Shown: positions 39,115 to 52,700 of the stretch, in pieces | Numbering within the stretch: the first letter of the stretch is position 1 | Layout of the letters: each line of letters begins with the position of its first letter | From: Paraspadella gotoi | Taxonomy: Eukaryota > Animalia > Chaetognatha | Length of the DNA: 64,000 bases | Reading direction: 5' to 3' | NCBI GenBank assembly: GCA_051294375.1 | Contig: CM119264.1 | Location: 1,876,463 to 1,940,462, forward strand | Notes under the pieces: generated by a model | What the model was told of the DNA's origin: nothing | Databases searched by the model: none | The model's input: the letters and a program-made list of their open reading frames with translations, nothing else | Position numbers and translations under genes: made by a program

Positions 39115-39860
39115 AGATGTTCAATGATATCAAATAAATTCTTGTAAAGATCTGGTTGAATGGTTAACCCATCTGGATGAGTATTCTCACAGAGAAAAGA
39201 ATCGTTATTGGTATAATTAATTAATTTAATTTAATTTAATTTAATTAATTTAATTAATTAATTTAATTTAGACTGAATTATTAAGAAGTCTTCTAAAATC
39301 CTAATCTTACTCGAAAAGGCAAACCAATCTATGTACCTCACTTTTATTCATTTTTCCATTTATTAATTTATTCATAATTTAACCCTGTTTTTACTTTTTA
39401 AAAATGGCAATAAATTATCATAATAAAACTTGTACTTGATGATTTGTTTAAAATAAAAAGAGATTGCTCAACAAATTTATATCCGAAGATAGATTCAATT
39501 AATTTTTTTTTAAATCTGAAGCTATATTTTCCTTACTTCAATGATGCAACTGTTGTCATCAATTCATCACTAAACTTTCCAAGGGTCTCTTTCTCTATCT
39601 GAGATGGGGGTAATCTGGGTCTAACTAACGAAGTCGTAAAGGAAGAAGGCGAAATGTAGGAAAACGTATATCTACTACTAAAAAAAGGCAAAAAAGGTGT
39701 TGTTGGTAACGTGACTCGTGGCCCTCAAAAGATGACGGATAGAGAGCTAGGTGATACATAATTGACTAGTCTTATTTTTGAAGTTACCTGAAATAATTGT
39801 TGATTTGTCCAAATTGTAAATTGTAATTTAAACCATGTTAATATATCAACTTAATCCCGT
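39115..39860 (-). pseudogene. PolB fragments, including a more divergent C-terminal piece at ~39700..39860
   Basis: ETLGKFSDE, DDNSCIIEVRK, FYYDNLLPFLK, YTNNDS and KIRLVN. Confidence 0.7.
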
Positions 39861-41131
39861 GAAACCAAAAAATGGAATGCACTTAATTCTCTGCCTCCTT
39901 TCCCGTCTCTCTTCCTTTGTTTATCTAATTCACTAAATGTTTACAAAATTAGGAGCCGAGCTCTGAGAATCTAACAGGATATTAAACTTTGAGACTAAGA
40001 ATATTTTTAGAGAGACAAAATTTGAAAATAAAAGTTAATTACTAAACGGAGGCTAATTTAAAATATTACTGACATCTCCCCCCCCCCCAAAACAAATTTT
40101 TTTGTAACAGGCAGGTAAATAAACAAGCTAACAATGTGTACAAATGATCACATGTAAAGCACTAGCACAAATAATCACAATGTAGTATTAACATATTACA
40201 AATTGATCACATATAGCTAAATATAGGAAAAATAAATCAAGTATGAAAATAAATCGACGATGCATTTAATATGAAAATTGTAGCAAGTATAAAATGTTTT
40301 GAGAACAAATCGAACTGTCGGCCAAACAGTTCGGGAAAAGTTACAATTAGTCAATTTTATTTTGGATCCCACACAAAACAAAAACAAACGCTTCGCAAAA
40401 CATTCTCACGCAATATCTCGATCGTTCATCATTCGAATCATTCGCTTTCGATCTATTTTCGATATCTCATCAAATCTTGTCGCTTCGATTTAAATCGATC
40501 TGATTGGTTCGTTCAATCGTCCAAAAATAACTCATCTTACTCTTCCTACTCCCAAGTTCGAAATGGTAAGTGTGACGGATAAGTTCAGTATCCTCTTCGA
40601 AAGTGCGCAAATTATAATTAAGAATTTGCTTTCATATCAATTCAAATAAACTAAATTTTAATTTCGATAATAAAATTTCCATTTCATATAAACAAAATGA
40701 TTTTTGTAATTGCTCTTTTGTTTATCGAATTTGTTTACACCGTGTCCAATTTATCGTTCCTAATCGTTTCCGGCCTTGTTTGCCCGTATTCCTGTGAAAT
40801 AGTATAAATTTGTTTATTCGGCTGATTTTTCTTTTCATTCGGTATACTTTCCCTCCCGCCCAAAGGAAGAAAAAATCGCAGTATGAACTAATTTGTTATT
40901 CGAATCGCAACCAAAAACAAAATCGCAATACCTCGTGCCTTTATTTAATATCTAAATATATTGTTCATTTCAACCGTGTAAATAGCATGCAGATAAGCAA
41001 AAAAATCTAGCCAGAAAACAGGAAACGAGAAAATCGATAAGTAACCAAAACGTCGAAATATATAGAATATAAAGCCAGAAAATACACAGATCACATCGAT
41101 TCTTACCGTAATTCGTTAGATCGTTCCATTC

Positions 41132-42243
41132 TCAAAACCAAATGTGTCGCAGATGCCCCGGGATCTTACTCCTGTACCACCGGAGCTGCTTGAGATAGTG
41201 CGAATGTTTGCAATTCTCCAGAGCCTGGACATCCGTAAAGGATGGCATCAACAGCATCCGCGGATGCAACCAGGCTGAAGAAAGCAGGTCTCCAGCGAAT
41301 CTCGAACGGAGCATCCCGTCCCACTCTTCAAGCAACAAATCCAAAATCACCACTGTCCGGTGAGACCTTATGGGCTGCCTCCGTCAGGCTTTCTCTCTCG
41401 GCGGGTCTTGTCGGTGAACCTGTCTCCTCATTTGGCGACCCGCGCTCCTTTGCGTATTCTCATAGCGGTCGATCGCGCTATCGTCCCAATGCCACGGCAT
41501 CCCTCGTCGTCGAATTAGCACCACGTTTTTCCGACAGAAAAACGGGCGCGTCTGAACTTGATAAATTCTTCGAGGGTGTCTGTCAATGAAACTTAGGAGC
41601 GATCGCATGGGCGGAACCTCTATCACGGGGAACAGGTTATCCTCGTAAAATGAATCGCAAACCTTGTCCCCGTCTCTCTTCATTTCCAAAAGTCTCGGAA
41701 GTTTGCCCTTCAACATAAACGGCCATTCGCTCTCCTTCAAATAAATCATCGTCGACGTCGTCTTAATCAGTCGGCCGTCAACTGCCATTTGCGCCGGAAC
41801 CGCCGGGAGAATGTTAACAAGGCTGAACCACACACTCTGAAGGAGCGGCACCACCTCCACATCTTGGTTTGCCACTGGCTCCGATCGGTCGTTCATCACC
41901 TTCTCCAAAGGTGGCATATCCTCCTCCAACTCGGAGTCCGTAACCGGACTCGGGGGTCTTGCGACCCGTTCCTCGCCTAACACCCTCGCACAATATCGAG
42001 AAAAGTGTTTCGTGTCCATTTATAGAATCTTAGCGGCATCTTCGCTGCCCACGCATCCTCGGCGCCGGAAATTAAGTACTCATAAACCGCGGGATGCACC
42101 AGCGCGGTGCCCGCCCCTATCCACTCAGCAGGTCTCCCCGAACCCAGCATGATCATGCCGGCGGCAGTCACCGCCGAACATTTCCTTATCCAGAGCGGGT
42201 AGAACCTCCACTCGTCCTGCGTGCATTTCTCATCGCTCTTCAT
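41132..42243 (-). CDS. Family B unknown protein, apparently intronless, split by frameshifts
   Basis: Three consecutive ORFs (41977..42243, 41384..42019, 41132..41353) in a GC-rich block; paralogs at 58046 and 59851. Confidence 0.6.
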
Positions 42244-42979
42244 CCAAGTGGCAACCGTATCCCATAGCTTCGCCGTCGACTTTCATAATCTCCAATCGTC
42301 ATTGACTCATCATCCGAATAGTACTCTCAGTAGGGCCGGAAGCAGGTTGAAAACTAGAGGTTCCTCTCAAGATAAAAGTAAGACTAAAAGTGGATGATTA
42401 GAGTATATGAAAATAACATAATTTTTAAAAATTATCTTATTAATAAGCGCACGGAAGCATTTAAAGATTATTTAATTCACTATATAAAGTTAAAAATTTT
42501 ATTGAATTTTTCAAGTTTTTTTTAATGGATTTCTGGATAAGCTTTAAAAAGGTTAGATAAACGGTATTAATACAAATTTTTAAAAAATTTTTTTTTGTTT
42601 TAATGAAAATTTTAAAAAAACTATAAAGATTTCATCCAATGATGATGATGATGGATGATTTTTCAACGTTATTTCATTTTTTAAACCAATGTTCTTGTCA
42701 AAAATTTTAAAAAATTGTAGTAACTAACTTTCATTAACTTCTCAAGCTCTATATGGAAATCCGTTTTCTTAAAAAAACTAATTTTTTAAAAAAAAATTTT
42801 TGTCATTTGTTATATATTAAATAATATGCTAAAAAGCTTAGTGCAACACCAATGAACTAATGTCAAAAAGTTGCATTGAAAGATCGATGAAGTAATCTAA
42901 GAAAAAGGAATTTTTTTGAGAGAAATAATAAGTCTATAAAGAAGTGTTCCAATTTTGGGCGCCGCTTAGTATCGCCGCA

Positions 42980-45280
42980 GCGGGAACCCACGATTTTTGG
43001 CCCCCGTCTTCCTGAGCCCTCACACTCCAGCCCCTTCTAAACCATGGCATCCTTGGCTAGGCCCACAGGACCTCCGGAGACAGCCACGGGGCGAAATAGC
43101 CCGCCGGGAAGTCTCCACGGAAGGGACCGCCCCCTCATTTTCCCCCTACTTCCCTCTCCCCTGATCTTTCCCGCCTCCTCCTCTACACTTTCGGCTTGTC
43201 TCACATTCAGAGACCCTCCAGCTGTACCCTGTAACCCCCCAAACACACCCTCCCAAATCCTCCTCTACGTCCCTCTCTGCCATTAACTCCACCACATCCT
43301 CGCTCACCGAGATTCCTCCCTGACCACGCCCCGCCGCTAACCAGCCCCCCCGAAATGCCCGTCGCCGCGCCTTCCCGATCTGGCAACACGTAATTAGTGA
43401 CTGGATCATAACCCTACACAACACTCTGTACTGGATCATAACGCTCACAACACCGCTCTGGCTGCCTGCGGTCTGACAGGCGTTGAGACGAATCCGAAGT
43501 CAGTCAGGTCGAGGGAGACCGGTGCCACGCCCACGCCCGCTTTCACGCCCACGCCCGAAGACGGGATGACAACGCCGACGCCGTTCCCGCCACCGTCACT
43601 GCTGGGCGGCGAAATGTCGACGACCTCGATTGGAGGCGCGGCGGGATAGATCTGAACGCTGTAGAATTTAGACAATATGAATTAGACAATGATTAGATAA
43701 CGAGTAGACAATGACTAAACAATGATTTGTTGGATAATGATTACAATTACACTTACAATCACGACAACGATTACATTACAATCAGTCACGATTAAGGATT
43801 GACATTACATGAAAATTTAATAAAAAAAAAACAAAAAAAAAACATTATTTGACTTTTTTAAATTTTCTTTACTTTCATCTAAGCCTCGCCCTCGAAAGCT
43901 TTTTTTTGATCACTTCTAAAAAAATATAGTGAAATCTTATTAGCTTGACTTTTAAAGAGAATCTGTGCATATTAGCTAGCGAACTTACTTGATACTTTTC
44001 TGTTTCGCCGCTGCTTGGCGGCGGCGCCGTCGTCAGCAGCAGCAGCAACAGCAGCAGCAACTTAGGAAAGATAAAGATCTATAAATTTGTTTAGAACATG
44101 GAATTAAATTTTTTCTTAGTTAATAACAGTACACAAATTAAAAAAATAAAACAAATTAAAAAAATAAAACATATTTTAACTTAAAAAAAGGCATAAGTAT
44201 TTTTTAATATTAATATAATGAATAAATATTTGAAAAAAAAAGAATATGACTAGTAATTACTCATCCATTTTAATGAGAAAAGTAAAAAAAATTCATTTCT
44301 TGGTGCTTGCTTATCTTCACCAAAAAAATCATAGATAAGAAAGCCAGAATACTGGGAAAAACAATATTAGTATAGACAGATTCTGATCAGACAGTACAGA
44401 CAGTATAAGAAAATTGCATTTAAAAAACTATGCTCTCGTCGTCGCCACGGTCCTCCAAATAATCGTCATTATCGCCACAGTCATCCAAGTAATCGTCATT
44501 GCCGCCACTGTCATTGCACTCACTTTCCAGCAGACTCTTTGTTGGTCATCGAAGTTGTCTTCAACGAGAGTCCCTTCACAAAAAAGTGAAAACGAAGAAA
44601 GGTCACGTAGAAGAAAAAAGCTAATATTTGTGAAAAAAGTAGAAAAAAGCTCATATCATCGAAATCATGATAGTGGGCACAGTCATGATCGTCATCCTGG
44701 TCATCTTAATCATAGAGAAGGAAGGAATAATTCCTGTCAGAAAATTGGATTTGAAAATAAAGGCCTTTGTCGAAGAAATCATGATCTTCTTTGCCACAGT
44801 CATCGAAATCGTGGTAGTCATTGCAAACTCTCCCCCTACCCTGTCGAAATCATGATCTTGGCCACAGTCATCGAAGTTTAAAAAAATGAATGTAATAATT
44901 ATGTGGAACTACGTGACGTCAAAGAAAAAGTTTTGTTCTTGTCACCGATGATCTCGGAACTGGCAGGAAAAAAACAGACAGCAGAGGATTTTTTCGTCGT
45001 TCTATCCTCTGTCTGTCTGTTTGTCACATTACAGCAAATTCGCTCAAACCGCTGGTCGATGTTTTCATAAGAAAGGCGGTCGGCAAACAAAGAATGATGA
45101 AAGTAGGAAATATAATTTTAAAGAGTTTAAAAAAAGTGCTGCCCTTCCTTCCCCCCTTCTTTATCGATGACTAAAGAAGGACCATTCGCAAGTCCTTACC
45201 GGAGGATTCGAAATATGAAGAGGGAGAGATTAGAGTAGGACGATTGGAAGAATGAAGAAGAAATTTAACGAACACATACC
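42980..45280 (-). CDS. Probable multi-exon gene for a disordered, acidic protein
   Basis: GC-rich exon-like blocks with splice signals (cctaag|..caa|gtaagt; ctacag|), DDCGxDxD(Y/F) repeats and an IEVVDIS SIM-like motif. Exact structure unresolved. Confidence 0.35.
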
Positions 45281-46259
45281 CAGAGGAAACTTTTTGTTTT
45301 TTAACCTCTTTTTTTTATCTCACCCTCTCTCTCTCTTTATTTTTTAATTTTATATGAATAATTGAATATATATTAAATTAAGTTTCTATTAATATTATTC
45401 CCTTTTCAATTAAAAAGTTTTTTTTTGAATGTGCATGGGGTGGGAGAGTGTAGAGAAGAAAAAAAATCCTGGATATAAAAGTTAAGTGTAAAGAATATTA
45501 GAATATATTAATAAATATTTTAGTATATTATTTTTTTTGGCCGAGCCTTCAATGGCTCGACCAAGGGCTTCTTTTTTTGTTACTCGCACGAACAAGGAAA
45601 AATATGGAATTGGCGATGTAACCAAAAAAAGAAGCAGCGGGAAAAAAGTATTTTTTTATTTTAAAAAATTAAATAAATGAATAAATTAAATAATATTATA
45701 TATTTTAAAGTTAAAGGATGAAAAAAGGGGGTGAAGATTGCTTTTTTGCTTGTGTAATGCAGTGCATGTATTTTTTTTTTAATAAGAATAAAAGAAGGAT
45801 CTAATTAATTACAAGAAACTAGATTAAATTATTTTTTTATAAAATATTAATAAAAAAGAAAAAAGAGAAAATAAATTTTGTACTAAAGTTAATATTAAAT
45901 GTTTATGTATCTATTATCTGAAGTTGGTTGTAAGACGAGAATTAAAGGAGGCCTAGGAGAAGAAAAAGAAGAGTGTTAGAAAAATTTTATTTTATAGTTG
46001 TTAAATTTAAAGAAAGAAAGAAGAATAAAACGAAGTAAAATATACAATAATTTTTTTAATATTAATAAAATACTTATGCCTTTATCTAATGCGAGAATGA
46101 GGAGGTGATGGTTTTAATTTTTTTTGTGGTGGGTCGAGTGCAAGTTTGTCGCCACTCTCATTCTCTTCTTCACTCCTTTTTGTGTGGCACTTCTCCATCT
46201 CGTTGCATAAAATTAGAATTGTTTGCGATTGCGAATCTTTTTTTAAAAATATTATTTTA

Positions 46260-46946
46260 AAAAGAGTTAGATAAAAAAGTTCCTTGTGTATATATTTTTG
46301 AAAAGGCTGCACCCCTTTCGTCGACGATTTTAGGGGCGGAGCCGTCCCGATGCGATGGAACCGTGTCCATCGGAAATCCCGTAGTAGAGACGATTGCCTC
46401 ACGGGACCACCATCCAACTGGAGCCGCCACCGCGCTCATCGCCTGGCCGTCCTCCTCAACCACGATGACCTCTCGGGGCCACACACCCGGAGATAGGCCA
46501 TTCCGAGCCCACGCGGCCACTCCCATCAGCAACGGCGGTCGCCCGGGCCGGTATGAGGACGTCCCGGCGGTAGTCCCTCTCGCGACTGAAGAATAAAGAA
46601 TCAAACATCATTCTTTCTCACTGAAACCAGCTAGACTCAGGCAGAGAAACCAGACGAAGTACACCTGCCCAAAGCATCGGATTGTGAATTGAGGAAGGCG
46701 CCCCTTAGTTACATACCCAGCGCCCCGATGCCATGTAAGGTCCGCTCCCTGCTCGAGGAATTTTCCCGCATCGTCCGCCTCCACGAGACGGAGCAACAAG
46801 ATCATGTTGGGATGGCGCGCTGCGCCTTGAGCGCCAGCACAAAGATGCCAAAAAGGTGAGACGCTCGGATAGAGACGCCGTCGCCGCCGTAAGACCGCCA
46901 CGCAGCGTGCGACGCGCAGTTCTCAGGAGTCGGGACTGGAAGGCAG
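46260..46946 (-). pseudogene. Family A-related gene (shares the N-terminus), frameshifted
   Basis: AGAQGAA..NMILLLRLVEA; the ag|gatcaagacg context matches ag|gattaaaacgatg at 37881. Confidence 0.5.
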
Positions 46947-47429
46947 TCGTCTTGATCCTAAAGGACAGACAAGTTTTTTGTAGTTTTGCTTTTTGTTGCC
47001 GATTTTGTTTGTTGTGGCAGAGACGGAGAATTGATAATAAGCCCAATTATAGAAGTCAAAGTGGACAAATTCGAAATAGGGTAACAAGTAGAGCAAACTT
47101 TCAAAACGGAAAGGAGAAGAGACAAGGAAAATAAGACTGTTCAAATGAAGTTCATCTTGAAGAGGGCAAAAATTAGATAAAATTGTGTTAATTGGGACTA
47201 TATGGGGCTTTTTAGGAAGTTAAGGATGAGATTGGTTTATATTTCGTTGGTTATATATTGGAATCGACTGAGGTTGGTTAGGGAGATTCAGAACTTTCGA
47301 CTACGTTGTGCTAGGCTGAGTAGAAAGTTACATACAAAAATTCTAAAGTCAGGGATTGGTGATGAACAACATACCGATCAGTGAGACATTAATTTGTAAA
47401 AAAAATTTAGAATTTATGTTTTTGTTTTA

Positions 47430-48700
47430 ATTTGTGACTGCGGGGTGCCGTACTCCTGACCCCCGGAGGACGCGACAAGGAGTCCGCGAGAAGCGGGGCG
47501 TGGGAAGCTCGCCTCGTGCGGTGCGAGCGGCGTTTCTGGGAGCCCGTGAAGTTCCCCTTAAATTGTCGGAGGCGCTGTAGATCTGGATGAGGGTTTCGGC
47601 GTGAGAGCAATAGCCGCTGCCGATGCGGTTGGTGCCCCGAAAGCGCGCGCGGCCCCATAGCCCCTTCCACCTCGTCCTTTCGTCGTCATCCTTTGTCGTC
47701 CTCGGCCGGCGAATGTCTTCGAACCCGGCTCGGCCAAACTTGGGAGCTGTAAACAAATATTTTTTTCTCTCTTAAATGTGGACGTCCATAACAACTAAAC
47801 ATTAGACTCCATATTATCCGCATTTTAGAACAAAAGTTAAATTCGAAAGAAGAAAGAAATAAGTGAATTCGAAAATAAATTTGAAATAAACCAAAAAAAA
47901 TATAGAAAATAACTATGCAAATGTCAGACACATATAGTAAATTTCCACAAAAAAAATATAAAAAATGAGAAACAGTAATAATAATTGCCACCTTACTTAC
48001 ACTGGGCGTTGGAGGGTTGACGCCCGTCGCCAGCACCGCATGGTGCCGGGTGCGGCAGGTCGCCGACGTAGATCCGGAAGGCGTCGCCGCCCCGACGACT
48101 GCCTCGCGGCCCGACGAGGACCTGCTCGCACAGGATTAACAATCCGGTAGTAGCGCAGATCTCCGCCGCCCCCGTTCCGTCGAGACCGCCGAGACGGGCC
48201 CAGTATAAGTGGAGCCGCCGACGACTCCATGGTGCTAAAAGAAAGAATTTTTTTTTTGATAAAAAAATTTTCGAACTTAGCAAAATAATAGTGATAATTA
48301 ACATATCAAATAACAAATAAAACTGATAACAATAAAAAATTTGAGAAATAAAAGGGGGAAAGAAGAGATAAAGGAAATATCAAAACGATCACACACCTGG
48401 AAATCAGGGCCTGCACCATCCGGCACAAGGCCGGTAGCCAGGGTCGCGGACCGGATAAGGGCCCAGACGCCGCGGGGTAGATAGGCGGGCCCGCGTCGGT
48501 TATCCGCCGAGCACTCGGCGTGGATGATCTCCCGAAGGAGATCAAAGTCTCCAGGAGCGCCCCGAAGACGGCCGGAGGCTCTCCAGGAAGGAGAGAAGCC
48601 CGGACGAGGGACACGACGCCGAAAGGCATGGCGCCGGCGCCGCACGGGCAGCGCCCGTCCCCTGCGATCGAGAGCTACAAGCATGGCTTCGGTTTCCTTT
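47430..48700 (-). CDS. Probable three-exon unknown gene (copy at ~54140..55430)
   Basis: GC-rich blocks separated by AT-rich GT-AG introns: ccag|gtgtgt, tttag|cacc, agt|gtaagt, tacag|ctcc. Includes FDLLREIIHAECS. Confidence 0.45.
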
Positions 48701-49729
48701 TTCTCTTCGGTTTGATTGAAAAAAAAATTTGTTGGCGAGAGGCGAGAGTAAGAGCGGTTGTGAAAAGGTAAAAAGCGATGGAAGACCAAAACGCTTTACC
48801 CCCCCCCCCCCAAGACCACCGTAAAAGTATGAATAATGCAAGTAATTGAGGAAGAAAAAGCGAAAACTCTTCCCTCAGTCGCCCTTCCCCCTTGCGATCA
48901 TTCGTAGTTACACCCTTTTGGAGTGGGAAGAGCGGGACTTGAGAGAAGAAAAAATAGAATNNNNNNNNNNNNNNNNNNNNNNNNNAAGGAGAGCCTAGGA
49001 GAAGAAAAAGAAAGTGTTAGAAAAATTTATTTTATATATGTTAAATTTAAAGAAAGAAAGAAAGAAAAAANNNNNNNNNNNNNNNNNNNNNNNNNNNNNN
49101 NNNNNNNNNNNNNNNNNNNNNNNNNNNNNNNNNNNNNNNNNNNNNNNNNNNNNNNNNNNNNNNNNNNNNNNNNNNNNNNNNNNNNNNNNNNNNNNNNNNN
49201 NNNNNNNNNNNNNNNNNNNNNNNNNNNNNNNNNNNNNNNNNNNNNNNNNNNNNNNNNNNNNNNNNNNNNNNNNNNNNNNNNNNNNNNNNNNNNNNNNNNN
49301 NNNNNNNNNNNNNNNNNNNNNNNNNNNNNNNNNNNNNNNNNNNNNNNNNNNNNNNNNNNNNNNNNNNNNNNNNNNNNNNNNNNNNNNNNNNNNNNNNNNN
49401 NNNNNNNNNNNNNNNNNNNNNNNNNNNNNNNNNNNNNNNNNNNNNNNNNNNNNNNNNNNNNNNNNTGAAAAGGCTGCCACCCCTTTCGTCGACGATTTTA
49501 GGGGCGGAGCCCGTCTCCCGATGCGATGGAACCTTCCATCGGAAACTCCCCGTAGTAACCGATCATGCCCCGGGCGGCGTCACCGGCCAACATTTCCTTA
49601 TCCAGGAGGTAAACCTCCCACTCTCCGTGCATTTTCTCGCTCTCGAAACCAATGGCAACCGTACCCATAGCCGTCTCGCAAGCTCCGACTTCATAACTCA
49701 ATCGTCATTGACTTCATCATCCGAATAGT

Positions 49730-52700
49730 ATCAGGCGGGAACGCCCGATTTTTTTGGCCTTTCTGAGCCTCCTCACACTCCCATGCCCCTTCATAAACCA
49801 TGGAACATTGGCTAGGCCCCACAGGAACTCCGGAGGGGTCAAAGCCACGGGCGAAATAGCCGCCCAGGGAAGCCTCCAGCGGAAGGGACCGCCCCCTCAT
49901 TTTCCCCCCTACTTCCCTCTCGCCTGATCTTTTCCCCGCCCTCCTCCTCTACCACTTTCGGCTCTGTCTCACTTATTCAGAGACCCTCCAGCTGTAACCC
50001 TGTAACGCCCCCAGAACACCTCCAAATCCTCCTCTAACGTCTCTCTCTGCCATTATCCAGCCACATCCTCGCTCACGCGATTCCTCCTGACCACGGCCCC
50101 TTCTTACACACGTCCCCGCTAACCACGCCCCCCCGAAATGCCCGTCGCCGCGCCTTCCCGATCTGGCAACACGTAAATTAGTGACTGGATCATAACCCTC
50201 AACAACACTCTGAACTGGATCATAACGCTCACAACACCCTCGGGCGCCCCGTCTGGACCAGGCGTTGAGATCGAATCCAGAAGTCAAGTCAGGTCGAGGA
50301 GAACGCGGTGCCCACGCCACGCCCGCTCACGCCCACGCCCGAAGACGGGATGACAACGCCGACTGCCGTTCCGCCACCGTCATCGGGCGGCGAAATGTCG
50401 ACGACCTCATTGGAGGCGCGGCGGGATAGATCTGAACGCCTTGTAGAATTTAGACAAATATGATTAGAACAATGATTAGATAACGAGTTTAGACAATGAA
50501 TAAACAATGATTTGGGATAATGGATTACAATTACACTTACATCAGACAACGATACATTACAATCAGTCACGATTAAGGATTGACATTATCCATGAAAATT
50601 TAATAAAAAAAAAACAAAAAAAAAACATTATTTGACTTTTTTAAATTTTCTTTACTTTCATCTAAGCCTCGCCCTCGAAAGCTTTTTTTTGATCACTTCT
50701 AAAAAAATATAGTGAAATCTTATTAGCTTGACTTTTAAAGAGAATCTGTGCATATTAGCTAGCGAACTTACTTGATACTTTCTGTTTCGCCGCTGCTTGG
50801 CGGCGGCGCCGTCGGTAGCAGCAGCAGCAACAGCAGCACGCAACTTAGGAAAGATAAAGATCTATAAATTTGTTTAGAACATGGAAAATTAAATTTTTTC
50901 TTAGTTAATAACAGTACAACAAACATTAAAAATTAAAACAAATTAAAAAAAAATAAAACATATTTTTAACTAAAAAAAGCATAAGTATTTTTTAATAATT
51001 AATATAATGAATAAATATTTGAAAAAAATAAAAGAATATGACTATATTTCATCCAATTTTTAAATGAGAAAAGTAAAAAAAATTCATTTCTTGGTGCTTG
51101 CTATCTTCACAAAAAAATCATAGATAAGAAAGCCAGAAATACTGGGAAAAAACAATATTAGTATAGACAGATTCCTGATCAGACAGTACAGACAAGTATA
51201 GAGAGAAATTGCATTTTAAAAAAACTATGCTCTCGTCGTCCGCCACGTCCTCAAATAATCGTCATTATCGCCACAGTCCATCCAGTAATCGTCTTGCCGC
51301 ACTGTCATTGCACTCACTTTCCAGCAGACATCTTTGTTGGTCATCGAAGTTGTCTTCAACGAGAGTCCCTTCACAAAAGTGAAACGAAGAAAGGTCACGT
51401 AGAAAGAAAAAAAGCTAATATTTGTGAAAAAAGTAGAAAAAAGCTTCATATCAATCGAAATCATGATAAGTTGGGCACAGTCAGGATCGTCATCCTGGGT
51501 CATCTTAATCATAGAGAAAGGAAGGAATAATTCCTGTCAGAAAAAATTGGATTTTGAAAATACAAGGCCTTTGTCGAAGAAATCATGATCTTCTTTGCCA
51601 CAGTCATCGAAATCGTGGTAGTCAATTGCAAATCTCCCCCTAACCCTATCGAATCAATGATTTGGCCACAGTCATCGAAGTTTTAAAAAAAATGAATGTA
51701 AATAATTTATGTGGAACCGTAACGTGACGTCAAAGAAAAGTTTTGTTCTGTCAAAGCCCGAAATGATCTCGGAACTGGCAGGAAAAAAACAGAACAGCAG
51801 AGGGATTTTTTCGTCGTTCTAATCCTCTGTCTGTCCCTGTTTTTGTCAACATTACAGCAAATTCCGCTCACGCGCTGGTCGATGTTTCCCATAAGAAAGG
51901 CGGTCGGCAAACAAAGAAATGATGAAGTATGGAAATATAATTTTAAAGATTTAAAAAAAGTGCTGCCCTTCCTTCCCACCCTTTTTTAATCGATGACTAA
52001 AGAAGGACCATTCGCAAGTCCTTAAACCGGAGGATTCGAAATATGAAGAGGGAGAGATTAGAGTAGGACGATTGGAAGAATGAAAGAAGAAATTTAACGA
52101 ACACATACCCAGAGGAAACTTTTTGTTTTTTAACGCTCTTTTTTTTATCTACCCTCTCTCTCTCTTTATTTTTTAATTTTATATGAATATGAATATATAT
52201 TAATTAAGTTTCTAATTAATATTATTCCTTTTCAATTAAAAAGGTTTTTTTTGAATGTGCATGGGTGGGTAGAGTGTAGAGAAGAAAAAAAATCCTGGAT
52301 ATAAAAGTTAAGTGTAAAGAATATTAGAATATATTTAATAAATATTTTAGTAATTATTATTTTTTTTGGCAGAGCCTTACAATGGCTCGACCAAGGCTTC
52401 TTTTTTTTTTGTTACTCGCACGGAACAAGGAAAATAGGAATTGGCCGATGTAACCAAAAAAAGAAGCAGCGGGAAAAAAAGTATTTTTTTATTTTAAAAA
52501 ATTAAATAAATGAATAAATTAAATAATATTTATATTTTAAAGTTAAAGGATGAAAAAGGGGGGTGAAGATTGCTTTTTTGGCTTGTGTAATGGCGTGCAT
52601 GTATTTTTTTTTTAATAAGAATAAAAGAAGGATCTAATTAATTACAAGAAACTAGATTAAATTATTTTTATAAAATATTAATAAAAAAGAAAAAAGAGAA

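Larger units (their letters stand above)
42960..48830. repeat. About 5.9-kb tandem segmental unit, copy 1
   Basis: Colinear with ~49730..55540. Confidence 0.9.

Noticed and set aside
39520-39545. Spliceosomal intron in PolB (gtaagg donor)
   Set aside because: The gtaagg lies within the coding frame IIEVRKI of the polymerase remnant, so no intron is needed
48923-49670. ORFs spanning the N gap
   Set aside because: Mostly unknown bases
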